DNA from: Octopus sinensis
Lineage: Eukaryota
Length of the DNA: 64,000 nt
Reading direction: 5' to 3'
Assembly (NCBI RefSeq): GCF_006345805.1
Contig: NC_042999.1
Span: 44,578,001-44,642,000 of the forward strand
Position numbers and translations under genes: made by a program. The notes below the pieces were generated by a model. It was given only the letters and a program-made list of their open reading frames with translations. It was not told the DNA's origin and did not search any database. The stretch's first letter is position 1; each line of letters starts with the position of its first letter. Positions 38,015 to 52,150 of the stretch are shown here, piece after piece.

Positions 38015-40388
38015 GAAAAGAGATAGAGTGAAAGAGAGAGGATTGGATACAAAAACTTTGCAGCTAAGAATTACAAAGATCCTAAGAGCAGCATTTCTAG
38101 ATTGCTAATACAAAGCTAGTGAATGTTGATGTACTTAGAAATTCTTGCATTGTTCAAAGGAGTAATGTACTCCCATATTTTATCACTCCATCTTCTGTTC
38201 TCTGTATAGGTATACCTGTTTGAGATTCATTTTTCAGATGCTGCCTTCATAAAAAAAACTTCAATGGTTGCTTTATGATGTAGCTTCATTGACTGACCTC
38301 AATAGCTGTGTTAAATGATATACTTGACACAATATTGACAAGAGTTTCTAATAATATAAACATAGAAAGATTAACAGCCAGACTAAACAAATAATACCGC
38401 TTGCTTTTTTTATGAAGAATCTTTAATTAATCATTAATTTAATTATTGTCTTGAAAATGAAAATGAAAGTAATTGTGCTAACAGTTTTATAGAATTTTTA
38501 TAGTTTAAAAGTTTAATGTGTTTATCAGTGGAATGTAACCTTAGAAAAAGAATTTTTAATGACCATAGTAAGCAAATAGTATTATCCATACTTTTTATAC
38601 AAAGGTCTTTTGTTTTTATTTTTTTTAGCAAATTTATTTTTCAAATATGAAAATGAGAGTAATTGTGTTAGTTTTATAGAATTTGAAAATTTTAAAAAGG
38701 TTATTTTATTTATCAGTTGAACGGATGCTGAGGCCAATGGAAACATTTGGCTATGACTCTCTCTCTCTCTCTTTTTTTTTTTTTCGTAGGGAATCATTGA
38801 GAGTGAATCATTTGAACAAAGAAAGAACAACGATTCAGCTAAATGAACCAAAGACAACAGCAACAACAACAACAACAACAACATCAATAACAATATTGAT
38901 TTTTCTGTATAGCAGAAAGGAAAGGAAATATGCAAAGTGGAAACACCCACAACAATGTAAGTGAAGGGCATTAGTAACGTTAGTGAAGTGGTATGGTATC
39001 TGACTGGAAATTTCTTCTTGCAGCAGCAACAACAAAAATTACGACAACCACAATAGTGACAACAACAACTGCGATAACAACAAGAAGAATAAAAATACTA
39101 TTGATACTTTACTATGTATTTCTTCATTTCTGTTTTTTAAATTTTTATTTTTGATAAAATAAATTCCCTGCGCTGGAATATTTAGAATATACAATAAATT
39201 TTGATACTGTACGCAATTGAAAAGCAATATTTCTGCCAAGAATATTTCTGACATAGTTCTGAGAAGTGCTCACACTAAAAGAGTATAAAAACAGCAACAA
39301 CAAGAACTAAAAAATAACCTTAGAAATATAAAAATGAAAACATACAAACTCTAAAACAAACCTCTTCAGCAAATAAGTTGATGCCAAAAATGTCATGCAA
39401 TATTTCCTTAGATTCTGGAATAGCTTTCAGTGATAAAGAATTTTCTTTTGTTTAACAACTAACAAAAATAGCTGTTTGAATTGCAAGTTATTTTTAGTAA
39501 GTAAATGAAAATAAAAATACAAACAAGACAAAACAGAACAAAACAAATAAAAGCAAAACAAAACAAACAAATATACAAATAAATAAACAAACAAGGACGG
39601 GTTAGAAAAGAAATAAAATATAATTTGTTGTAAACAAATTAAGTTATGTTAAGCGATTTTGTGTTTTGTAGAAGTAATCATTTATTAAATAATGAATATA
39701 ATAGCTTAATATAAAAATGGAAAAAACAAATTCAAGCATGTAAAAAAGTCAAAAGATTGAATTTCTGGAAGCTTCATATACTGAAGTATTATTCCCAAAA
39801 GAAAAATGCTTTCTTATAATAGAGCCAACAATTATAGAATTTGCTGCTGAGTTTTAAAATCTTAAAGTAAGTCAGTTTGAAATCTGTAAATATGTCATAT
39901 GTAATGTGAAAAAGCTTGACCATGATATTGAAAAAAATTATCTAAGTTCCTGGCAAGTTGTATTCCATGAATATGTTTTGATTCCTAGTTTCTGTCAATC
40001 ATTTTCACTCACAAGGCTTTGGTCAGCCAGGGGCTATGCTAGTAGACACTTGCCCAAGATACCATACAGTAGAACTGAACCCGAGATCACATGGTTGTGA
40101 ACCAAACTTCTTAATGATACAGCCATGCCTGTACGTAAATTAACAGAAGTTAATAATGATTTATAACTTAGACATAAAGTAAAAAAAGTTTTGGAGGAGG
40201 ATATAATCAATTAGATTGACGTTAGTATTTGACTAATGAATTATTCATTGAGCTCAGAAGGCTGTAAGCCAAAGCCAAAGTTGATCACAGCAGGACTGGA
40301 ACTCAGAACTTGGGTGGGGATATAACTAAATATCATTAAGGTAGGTAGATTTTCTGTCATCTTCCCAGTTTTGCCAATCAACTGCCTG

Positions 40389-40496
40389 CACTACTGCTGC
40401 TACTACTACTACTACTACTACTACTATTGCTGCTGTCACCTCTGCTGTCACTCTCTCCGTTGTCATCACACTGCCAAGGCCGCTGTCACCCCCCTC

Positions 40497-40528
<32 letters not shown>

Positions 40529-40536
40529 AACTACTA

Positions 40537-40577
<41 letters not shown>

Positions 40578-40629
40578 ACTACTACTAACATCAACAACAA
40601 TAGCAGCAGCAGCAGCAACAACAACAACA

Positions 40630-40660
<31 letters not shown>
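40389..40660. repeat. Compound trinucleotide microsatellite (CTA/CTG/CAA/CAG)
   Basis: Directly visible. No splice or coding context found. Confidence 0.85.
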
Positions 40661-40663
<3 letters not shown>

Positions 40664-41733
40664 TTTCTTATTTTTGGCACAAGGCCAGCAATTTTGATGA
40701 GCAGTGGAAGTTGATTACATCAATTCCAGTGTTCCAAAACTCCAAAAACATGAAAAGCAAAGTTGACCTCGGCAAGAATGGATTAAAAGTTCCTCACACT
40801 TTTAACCTTTATCTTTTACTTGTTTCAGTCATTAGAGTGTGGCCATGCTGGGGTACCACCTTGAAGGATTTTTAGTTGAATGAATTGACTACAGTACTTA
40901 TTGTGTCTGTGTGTGTATGTATGTGTGCGCATGTGTGCATGCATGCATGCGTGTATGTTCGTGTTGTTTTAACCAAATGCATCATTAGAACCACTCATGA
41001 TGTTATCCAAAGCAATGTCACTCACTTTCCCCAAAGCATTTGTATTTTGCTGTAGAATGTTTTTGTTAGCTTTCTTTCTTTTCATGTGTTTAGATCCTGC
41101 AAAATTATGCTCATCTTCAATATGTATGTTTTAATGGGCACTCTGCTTAAAAATATTGTGCGTGTATAAAACAGAAGCAAAATAAAAGTCTAAAAGCAGA
41201 TGTCATTTTTGTCTTAACCCTGTATGTTCTAAGACACCCTGCACGAAAATAAATTCTAAGATGTTATTCTTTCATGTTACTTCTGACTACTGATATACAG
41301 TTTATATATTACCCACTCAAAACAAATTCATGCACAGGAACTTTTTGGAATCTTGGAACATTTGCATGGACTTACTGAGTTTTGGAAAGTGGTAAACTTG
41401 GATACGAGTAGACTTTTACCATGTATGTGTGTGTGTGTGTGAGAGAGAGAGCAATGTGCGTGCATGCATGTTTTGTGTGTGTGTGGGCACATGTATAACT
41501 GTGTGTGTATAAATATACAAATGGCAGCATATCTATTTACTTATACCTGAACATGTATATACCCATATAATTCTTTATACTCACACACACACACACACAC
41601 ACATACACACACACACAAACTCATGTCACTATTACATCTTTCTTTGTAGCTACACCTTGGTTACTCCCACCCACTACAATGTAAGTAGCTTCTCTACAGC
41701 AAGACATCTTTTTTGTTCTGTTGCCTTGGTTTG

Positions 41734-42304
41734 TATTGGGTTGTCTGGAAAGTTCATGCTGATTTTTAAAGGAAAGAAAAAGGTCAATAAATACTTGCCA
41801 TTACATTTTTAATCAACCAAATATGAATCATTTTGTTGCACAATGCATCTCCATCTTTCCTTTAACTTGAAAATACCCTCTTCCCAGAATTGAGGTGGTT
41901 TCATGGCAAAGAATTCATCAAGGTATCTTTTTACATCATCCAAGGAATTGAAATTTTTACCATCAAGACTATTCTGCAGAGACCTGAATAAGTGGAAATC
42001 TGAAGGAGCAATATCTGGTGAATATGGAGGGTGGGGTAACACATCCCAGCCGAGCTGCAGCAATTTTTGTCTGTTTCCCAAAGCATCAAGTGCCGAAAAT
42101 GAACTTTCTTATCTTCCATTTTAAAGGGTTACAGAATTAACACAGGTTATAGGAACATAAACCGTGTTCCACAAAAAGATAAGCTTAAACTGTGCTCTAA
42201 ATGAAGGTGTAGTCAAATCCTATTTTATGGACTCAACCATGTTCTAAAATAGGTTGAAAGGTAGGCTACTATAAATTGGAACAAACTTTCTGGACAACCC
42301 AATA
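41734..42304 (-). mobile_element. Internally deleted mariner transposon
   Basis: TIRs TATTGGGTTGTCTGGAAAGTT / AACTTTCTGGACAACCCAATA with TA ends. The N-terminus MEDKKVHFRHLML is fused to the C-terminus LGWDVLPHPPYSPDIAPSDFHLFRSLQN. Confidence 0.9.
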
Positions 42305-42674
42305 CTTTAAACTTTCTATCTCCTAACATAAAGTCACCTCCCTCCTTAAGGTAGTCTTGTGAACTGCATGATAAACTCACTAGTGCTGGTGGCATGACAA
42401 AAAGATATGACAAAAGTTTGCGCTGGATTAATATTGTAAAGTGGATTGTCTTCTACATCTAGATGTAGAGACCATGCAACATAGACATTGGGGTTCCATG
42501 CTGTCTGGACAAATTGGATCCTGTCAGACCCTCTAACTCATACCAGCATGGAAGATAGATTCTAAATGGTGCTGCTGATAATTATGATTGACATATATGT
42601 GTATATATATATATATATATACGTAAATATAAACATAATATAAATATATATATATATATATATATAAAATCTTT

Positions 42675-43103
42675 TACTCTTTTACTTGTTTCAGAAATTT
42701 GACTGTGGCCATGCTGGAGCACTGCCTTTAGTCAAGCAAATCGACTCCAGGACTTATTCTTTGTAAGCCTAGTACTTATTCTATCGGTCTCTTTTGCTGA
42801 ACCGCTAAGTTACGGGGATGTAAACACACCAGCTTCGGTTGTCAAGCGATGTTGCGGGGACAAACACAGACACACAAACATACACACACACACACACATG
42901 CATGCGCACACACACACACACATGCGTGCACACGCACACACACACATAAACATACATATATACGATGGGCTTCTTTCAGTTTCCGTCTACCAAATCCACT
43001 GACGGGTTTGGTCGGCTCGAGGCTATAGTAGAAGACACTTGCCCAAGGTACCATGCAGTGGGACTGAACCTGGAACCATGTGGTTGGTAAGCAAGCTACT
43101 TAC
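42675..43103 (-). mobile_element. SINE family A, full length
   Basis: Reverse complement of the 52151-52567 structure, with an internal (CA)n. Confidence 0.8.
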
Positions 43104-44014
43104 CACACAGCCACTCCTATGCCTATATATATATATATATATATATACTCTCCATTTTCTTTTCTTCATTTAACTGGATATAAACTATATGCTTAATATA
43201 TACCTATTGTTTTAAGGGAATTTCTTTCCCAACATTGCTAGGTATTGAACCAGTATTTCCTTGGGTGTAAACAACACTTTATGAGGTTAATGTATTCTCT
43301 AATTATATATATATCTACTTTTATTCTTTTATTCTTTTACTTGTTTCAATCATTTGACTGCAGCCATACTGGAGCACCACCAGGATGGGTTTTAGTCAAA
43401 CAAATCGACCCCAGGATTTATTTCTTAAGCCTAGTACTTATTCTAACAGTATCGTTTGCCAAACTGCTAAGTTATGGAGATGTAAACTCAATAACACTGG
43501 TTGTCAAGTGGTGATGGTGGGGGGAACAAACACAGACACAAAGACACACACACGCATATATACATACACAGATACATACATACATACATACATACATACA
43601 TACATACATACACACACACACATATGTATATATATATGGATCAAAACAGTTTGATTCAAATTCGTTGGTGCTTCAAGAGTTTTAAGCGTGATGCTAATTT
43701 TCAGCCATTTAAAATTTGTATGAAAGATATCCTCATGCTTATATTGTTACAGGAGAAATCCAACAATATAATAACATTTAGAAGCCAATACCCAGAGAGA
43801 AGCTTTGGAAAGAACACTATAAAGTCATTACCTAGATTATATATATATATATATGTATATATGTATACACATGCATACATACATACATATACACACACAA
43901 AAACATATATATATATATATATATATATTATTATTATATGTAGAAAAATACAAACTGGGACAAGAACGCAAAACACTTAGAAGACGATACGAAAAACACG
44001 GACGGGACATTTGA

Positions 44015-44061
44015 AGCCCTCAATCTTCAGTCAAGAACCGGATCATCGTAGCAATTTCGGC
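44015..44061 (-). ncRNA. Truncated hammerhead-like motif with GAAA upstream of CTGAAGA
   Basis: Minus strand GCC-GAAA-TTGCT-acgatgatccggt-TCTTGA-CTGAAGA-ttgagGGC. The cleavage-site segment is missing and is replaced by (TG)n and a Helitron-like insertion. Confidence 0.35.
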
Positions 44062-44072
44062 ACACACACATA

Positions 44073-45755
44073 TCTATTATATAAAAGTCAAAGTATGATT
44101 GTGTATTCATGTGTTATTTATAGACTCAAAAACTACTGGACTGATCCTAATGAAATTTGGAACACAAAATCCAAGCCTAGGGAGAAGGGTAAAGTCGTAT
44201 GTTTCATACAATTTTGAGTGGGAATAATGGGGGTGCAGAATGCCCCATGAAAATTCACATGCTTCGGATTTTGATGAAATTTGAACCATAGGTATTAGGA
44301 ATAAATTTAAAAATATACCCAAAATTTCCATTTCTTTGGATGATTCTAAGATCCCCTAATGGGGACTTAAACCCCAAATTTTAGTCATTTTTCATGGATC
44401 AAAATTACTGAAGTGATCCTTATGATATTTGGAACTCAGATTCAATGCATAAGGGCAGGTATAATGCAGTGTCTTTGGTTTGAATTTTTTTTTTGGGGGG
44501 GGGGCTTAAAGGGGGCAGAACCCACCATGAAAATTCATAAATTTCTGATGTTGATAAAATTTCAACCATAATTAATTGACACAAATCAAGAAATATTCCC
44601 AAAGTTTCCGCTTCTCATGAGGATTCTAAGACTTACTAATGGGGGCCTTAACTCCCAAATTTTAGTTATTTTTTATGATCCAAAACAAGGTCAGAAGTAC
44701 TGAATGGATCTTTATGAAATTTGGAATTTATATTCTATGCATAAGGGCAGATGTAATTCAGTGTATGTTTGAAAGTAAGGGGGCATAAATGAGGTCATAG
44801 CCCCCATGAAAATTCATATAATTTGCTGTTGATGAAATTTTAACCATAGATATTAGGCACAAATGAAGTAATATTCTTAAAATTTCAACTTCTTAGGAGG
44901 TTAGTAAACCCCTTAATGGGGACTTAACTCACACAATTTAGTCATTTTTCCTAAGCCAAGATGAATACAATTGTAATCTCAGAAGCTGTAGAGTCGCCTG
45001 AGGATACAAGATGAGTGTTATTTGTAATTCAATGGTACAACAGTGGAAGAGTTTGCTTTGGGATACACTTAGATTGTGATTTCTGCAATATGGTGCATGA
45101 ATTGTCAAGTAAAGGAGAGGCATCTTTGCCTCCACTGATTCAGTTGCAAAGTGTTATTTTGAGAAAAGTTATTTGGTTGCAGACCTCCTTTGAGTCTATT
45201 TATTATCACTGAGTCAGAGATAGTCCCCAGTTGGTAACATTAATTTCAAGGCCTTTCCAGATAAATGACTGGTCATTCAAAGAGATTTATAGATCGCAAA
45301 TTTATTTTGTTCAGTTACCTATTGGCGGACTGATCATTGGCAAACTCTAGAGGTAACACTTTCATTTCCCCATATCCATCATGTCACACAGTTGTTAATG
45401 TTTATTTGAGGTGGGTCATGCCCTTCTAATTGCTATAGATCTGTAATGCATCTTATGGCTGTGCCTGTCACCAGTATGGTGAGGAGCCCTGCATTGAGGA
45501 GTGGTAACAACTAGGGTAGGATAACTGACTGCTTATTGTGATCATGTGTCTTTTGGTTTCCTCTAGCTTTGCTTTCTTTTACAAACCCAGTGAACATTCA
45601 TATATTTCCGATTGCAAAGAAATGTGAACAATAGATATAAGGCACAAGTTAAAAAAGATTCCCAACAATTCAGCTTCTCTGATTGACTTTAACAAATAAT
45701 AGGGGCCTTAACTCACATATTTTAGAGTCCCATGTGCTCCATGGAACTCTACTAG
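44073..45755 (+). mobile_element. Non-autonomous Helitron-like element with three degenerate ~285-bp internal repeats
   Basis: Starts A|TCTATTATATAAAAG. Ends with the hairpin AGAGTCCCATG-tgctc-CATGGAACTCT followed by A-CTAG (45752-45755). Repeats at about 44140-44950. The base 3' of CTAG is A, not the canonical T. Confidence 0.45.
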
Positions 45756-45937
45756 AGTAGTGGGGAGAAATATGTACTGTGATGGGTATGTTATTGTGAA
45801 TTAAAATATGTATAGAGATCAAAATTTGTTATGCATGTATATTCAGACATGTTCTGTATTTTTTTATGAATAAATTTTCATTATTTACACGGAAAACTGT
45901 ATATATATGTTTGTGTGTATGTATTATATTATATATA

Positions 45938-46782
45938 CGTAGTCTGATCAATAAGTATCCGGACTGTTGCCATAATAATGAAGCTAAAACATGTAGAGTA
46001 AAGCTGCTTAGCATGGATTGACTGTAAGCTCTGCTGTGCATGCAAACTAAGTTTTAACGCTCTATCTCACTTCCGCCGTTTACAGCAGTGCTTGGAAGGA
46101 AGGTGTGTAGCATGTGATTGTTACATTGACCATAACAGAGAGAGTTAAGCGGAGAATCTGCATCAAATTTTGCCAAAAGATTAACGATACCTCCTCAGAG
46201 GCCTACTCAAAGTTCTCAACAAGTTTTCATTGATTTTGACACAATGAAGGAGATCTTGTGCAATTGAAATCCGGTCAGCTGAAAGCAGTTTTGGCACAAA
46301 CTTGGCAGACACACGCCTCTTGCCCAAATCTGAACTGAACCATAACTAATCTGCACATCCTCTGATAACTCACAGATGGAGATTCGTGATTTCTCCTTAC
46401 AGCTGCATGCGCATCTGTGATGTTTTTCTTAGTTCTGCTGGTTGCAGGTCTCTGAGAATGTCAATATCGACATTTTTTGGCCATCTTGGAACCGTCTGAA
46501 ACACTCATACACTTGTGTTTGGCTCATACACTTTCTGTAACTTGCTGTTGGCCTCTGAGGAAGAATAGCCATGACTACTTTCTCTGCTATGGTCAATGCA
46601 ACAATCACATGATACACACCTTCCTACCAAGCATAGCTCTTAACAGTAGAAGTGAGCTAGAATGTTAAAACTTAGTGTGCATGCACAGCAGAATTCTAGG
46701 TCAATTTTTGCAAAGCAGCTTTACTCTGTGCTTTAGCTTTGTTACTATGGCAACAGTCCGGATACTTATTGATCAGACCTTG
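45938..46782. mobile_element. Mariner derivative built from two inverted left ends
   Basis: TIRs flanked by TA. Both ends carry the transposase 5' region. The minus strand gives MSQTQVYECFRRFQDG..ISYGSVQ; the plus strand gives RRICIKFCQK. Confidence 0.75.
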
Positions 46783-46926
46783 TAGGTATGTATTTATGTT
46801 TTATATATATAAATATGTATAAATATATGTCTATATATATACACACACATATATATATATATACATATATACACATATATATATATATATATATATGTCT
46901 ATATATATACATATATATATATATAC

Positions 46927-46991
<65 letters not shown>

Positions 46992-47006
46992 ATATAATAT
47001 ATATAT

Positions 47007-47359
47007 AATCATGTATGTGTATGTGTGTGTAAGCTCATTTATTATCATTGTACAGTTTCTTTGCAAGGGAGAGAAGTCTTATTGGAAATAATTTTAATTT
47101 CCTTCTCTTTTATTAATGAAATTGAATTGTATACATCATACTAGTATATACTTTCTTTAATCTAATTTCAATTCTATCATAATATTTTCTCTCAGTAATG
47201 GCAGATAGAACTGTGTCAACATGATTGCGTTTCATCAGTGCAAACTAATTAGTATGACATTAATTATATTACACTTGGGTAAGAATTAAAAAAGTTAAAA
47301 AAATGAAAATTGGCAGATATAGATTGTTAATTAGATACCTAGAAACATTATATATATAT

Positions 47360-47437
<78 letters not shown>

Positions 47438-47478
47438 TACATATATATATATACATATATATATATACATATATATAT

Positions 47479-47546
<68 letters not shown>

Positions 47547-47916
47547 TATAATCATGTATGTGTATGTGTGTGTAAGCTCATTTATTATCATTGTACAGTT
47601 TCTTTGCAAGGGAGAGAAGTCTTATTGGAAATAATTTTAATTTCCTTCTCTTTTATTAATGAAATTGAATTGTATACATCATACTAGTATATACTTTCTT
47701 TAATCTAATTTCAATTCTATCATAATATTTTCTCTCAGTAATGGCAGATAGAACTGTGTCAACATGATTGCGTTTCATCAGTGCAAACTAATTAGTATGA
47801 CATTAATTATATTACACTTGGGTAAGAATTAAAAAAGTTAAAAAAATGAAAATTGGCAGATATAGATTGTTAATTAGATACCTAGAAACATTATATATAT
47901 ATACACACACATACAT
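47007..47916. repeat. Apparently identical ~367-bp tandem duplication (period 543) bounded by (TA)n
   Basis: 47007-47373 matches 47550-47916. Confidence 0.85.
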
Positions 47917-47933
47917 ATATATATATATATATT

Positions 47934-47984
<51 letters not shown>

Positions 47985-47996
47985 ATACATATATAC

Positions 47997-48027
<31 letters not shown>

Positions 48028-48045
48028 CATATATGCATGTATATG

Positions 48046-48108
<63 letters not shown>

Positions 48109-48417
48109 GTATTATAAACTTTTGATAAAAATATGGTTCCTTGTTCATTTTAGAGCAGGTAGTGGAGAAGGTAAATTTATGTAAAATATATAATTAAAAA
48201 TCTATTCGAAAACACTTCCGATATATCTTTTTCTGCTGACGTTGTTAGCAGGCTATCTTTCAGTTGTACTGAGCTATCTGGAGAAGATTTTCAAGTCAGC
48301 TAATGTATGTTTGTGTATGTGTGTGTGTTTTATAAAAAGTCAGATGCTGTATATTGTGCAAATCTTCTATGTTCACTTCTCTCTAAAGCACAAGGTCTCT
48401 TGGCAGATTACACTCTC

Positions 48418-48486
<69 letters not shown>

Positions 48487-49084
48487 ATTATCTATCTATC
48501 TATCTATCTGTCTATCTGTCTGTCTGTCTGTCTGTCTGTCCATCTGTTTTTCATCACTCATCGTTTTTCTACTTGACCAGTGCATAGGTAAGACATCATT
48601 GTTTAATGTCCATTTTCCATGCTGGAATAGGTTGAATAGTTCGACTGGGGCTTGGGAAGCCAGGAGGCTGCACCAGGCTCCAGTCTGATCTGGTAGTACT
48701 TCTACAGCCGGATGCCCTTCCTAACGCCAACCACTCTGAGAGTGTAGTGGGTGCTGTTTTTACGTGCCACCAGCACAGGGGCCAATTTCCTGCCTAGTAC
48801 TCATTTCAGATCCCCAGTTTATCTTTTCTCTTTTCATTCTTTTCTTTCCTTCTAACTTCCTTCCCTCCACCCCATCTCTCTATCCTTCTCCTGAGCCTTC
48901 TCATTGAACACAAACACCACTATTTTCTTCCTTTTTTTGTTAGTTTTTGTCATGTAGTGTCCCACACTTTGAAATACTTGCAATTTGCATTTTTACTGCT
49001 TATTTTAGATCTGCTTGATACATTTCCAAAATTAAACATTTTAATATGCAAAATATACTTCACATTATTATATATACTATGCAT

Positions 49085-49568
49085 TAATGCAAAAAATATT
49101 GTGTTTATTGGCTATCTTCAAAATGATCACACCATCAATGGAAAATTTCAATACCAACTTCCTAAGGCAGTTATGAAAGGCTATCAAGACCAAATACCCA
49201 GAAAAACTGATGAATGGGGTCTTGTTTCATTAGGACAATGCTTCAGCACACAAGTCCTTGGTTTCAATGGCTGCTGTGTGAGACTGGCTTTGAACTGGTC
49301 GATCATCCTCCCTATGTTAGTGATTTGGTTCCTTCTGGTTATCATCTGTTTCCCAACATAGAAAAACACTCAGCTGAGCACCAGTATCACTATGATGAGA
49401 ACATCTTATCTGTTGTTGATGACCATTTTGATCAACAGAAAAGCACTGCAACTACTAATGGAAGTGTGTGGACAGTAAGAGGAACTATGTTAGAAAATGA
49501 ACTTCATTTGGTCACATTCCATTGAGAGTGTCTTGCTCAGATTATGAACATTTCAGCCGACCCTCATA
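49085..49568 (+). pseudogene. Decayed mariner transposase C-terminal remnant
   Basis: FH*DNASAHKS...GFELVDHPPYVSDLVPSGYHLFPN. Confidence 0.7.
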
Positions 49569-49853
49569 ATAATAAAAATTATTACTATACCTGTATTTGT
49601 TTTAATGTTAACATTGGAAAAATTCACATTTTTCATTAAAAAATTAGGACCTGGGTTTGCACCCCCTTAGCAAATTTTGTTGCTGGGCGACTGTATCTAT
49701 CTATATATATGTAATATATAAAGCACGATTTATTTGTGATCAGAGGCGTTTGTAAACCGAGGTACTACTGTGTTAAATGAATATGAGAAAGAGAGAAGAT
49801 AAAGCATCATTTATTCATGATTAGAGTTGTTCAAAAACTGAGGTACTACTGTG

Positions 49854-49904
<51 letters not shown>

Positions 49905-50230
49905 TCCGTGTCGGTGGCACGTAAAAAGCACCATCCGAATCGTGGCCGAAGCCAGTGCCGCCTCGACTGGCTTCCGTGCATGTGGCACGTAAAATGCACC
50001 AATCCGACCGTGGCCAATGCCAGCCTCGCCTGGCACCAGTGCAGGTGGCACGTAAAAAGCACCCACTACACTCACGGAGTGGTTGGCGTTAGGAAGGGCA
50101 TCCAGCTGTAGAAACATAGCCAGATAAGACTGGAGCCTCGTGCAGCCTTCTGGCTTCCCAGATCCCCGGTCGAACCGTCCAACCCATGCTAGCATGGAGA
50201 ACGGACGTTAAACGATGATGATGATGATGA

Positions 50231-50235
<5 letters not shown>
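49905..50235 (+). mobile_element. SINE family C with about two degenerate VNTR units
   Basis: GTGGCACGTAAAA modules, GGCGTTAGGAAGGGCATCCAGCTGTAGAAAC and a (GAT)n tail. Confidence 0.75.
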
Positions 50236-50263
<28 letters not shown>

Positions 50264-50989
50264 CATAGATACATGATGTGTAGAATAAGATTCAGAGTAT
50301 CATGTGGCTATCACTGCAAGCTCCTCTTGTAGACTTTGATATCAGTCTGTGTAGTAACCAATCAATCAAATACAATATAGTGCAATGCAAATTAACCATG
50401 TAACTGAAAATCCAGAATATTCAAGCGATAAAATTATTCTGTGAGGAAAATATAAAAACATAACATAAAGTTTGGAGGTATGTGACTTCCATAGAATAAT
50501 GTACATTTTGCAACCTCCTTCAAGTTGTATTACCTTCAGTACAAGAAATTATGCATAGTTGCACACTTCAATATGTATGCTGATATATATATATGCATGT
50601 ACAGTCATGGCCAAAAGTTTGGAACATAGGTCTGAAAATTAGAAGTTTTATATTAAATGCCCAAAGTTATATTAAAAGTAAGCAATTTGGTCTAGAGTTA
50701 TATTTTTGATTTTGACTATGTTTTTTTTCAAGATATCGAACCAATGGATCAGTTATTAGGTAAGTATATCTCTATGGTGTATATATTTGAATTGAATTGT
50801 ACTTGTGGCATGATAATCTTAATTAAAAAAAAAATGTTCCAAAATTACGGTCATGACTGTACATACATTTATGAGGTGGAATGCTGTAAAGTTCCAAGCT
50901 TTAAGAGTATCATGAAAGTCCATATATGGGGTATGTGTATGTGTATATATAAATGTAAATACATAAGCAGATATGCGTGTGTATGTGTG

Positions 50990-51031
<42 letters not shown>

Positions 51032-51529
51032 CGTGTGTGCATGCATGTGTGTATGCACGTGTTTGTGAGAGGGTATGTATGTACATGTATATATGTATGT
51101 ATATGTATGCATGTATGGTATCTATATATTTATGCATATGTGTACATGTGTGTGTGTATGTATGCATATGTTTGTATGTATGTGTATATATATAAATGTA
51201 TATATGTGAGTATACTCCTCTGAATATGCATGTGGACCAAAACAGTATTACGAACATTCAAGAGGACCACCTGATTATTGCACTGGATTTAGACCAATCA
51301 TAACAACAACAACACTAGCACAAATATCAGCTACAGTGACTCCATCGAAAAAACTGGAACTGATCAATTTCTGTTTTTATAAGAATGCTGTTATCTCTGA
51401 GAATAGATAGCACCCTTCCTATAAAAACAGAAATTAATTACTTTAAATTACAAGCAACAGAAAACACAAATCAAATCTATGTCCCTTGTCTTGGAAATGT
51501 CATGCTTGATATGCCTACTTAATCATTAA

Positions 51530-51748
51530 CCCTTTAGTATTTAAACCGGCCATATCCGGCCAAAATAGCTAATCTGTTTTATGTTCAAACTGACCAGATC
51601 CAGGTTCTCACACCTACCCTACAATGTTATTCTACATTAAGTAATTACACCATCAAGATCTTGAAGATATGAGATAATGCATGATTCATTCAAATCAATA
51701 GGAATCAGTAGGTATTTTGTTTAATAGAATAATCTGAACACTAAAGGG
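51530..51748. mobile_element. piggyBac-type MITE
   Basis: CCCTTTAG...CTAAAGGG termini flanked by TTAA on both sides. A related, more decayed copy lies at 63694-63899. Confidence 0.8.
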
Positions 51749-52150
51749 TTAAACCATGCATGTTTTTAAATATGGTAAATAAAATATGGAAAGTTGCATA
51801 AATTTTTTAGGCTGAAATTAGTGAAACCAGATCCCAGTCAATTAAAATTGACCTCTTTTTCTATACTGCAAAAAACTCTCTTTTAGCTGCAAAACTTAAA
51901 AATGTATATATTAAGCCTTTTTCTTTACAAAGGACTCAAAGCCATTAACGACACCTTCTTCTTCCTTGTTCTCTTTCATCTTTCTCGCTTTTGTAATATA
52001 TGTTTATATAAATTACATATACCTTATGAATATGTATACCAATATAATTTCAGTTGAACTATGAACATTTATTCTGTGATTATGTATATTCATATTTTTA
52101 TTTTTCATTCATATAAAATATATATTTTTCATTCATATTTTTCATTCATA

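Noticed and set aside
40371-40697. Poly-T/A/N/S ORF resembling a coding low-complexity exon
   Set aside because: No splice context, flanked by SINE fragments, and explained by a compound microsatellite.
44950-45600. Possible Rep/helicase remnant inside the Helitron-like element
   Set aside because: I could not recover recognisable PIF1 or HUH motifs in any frame.
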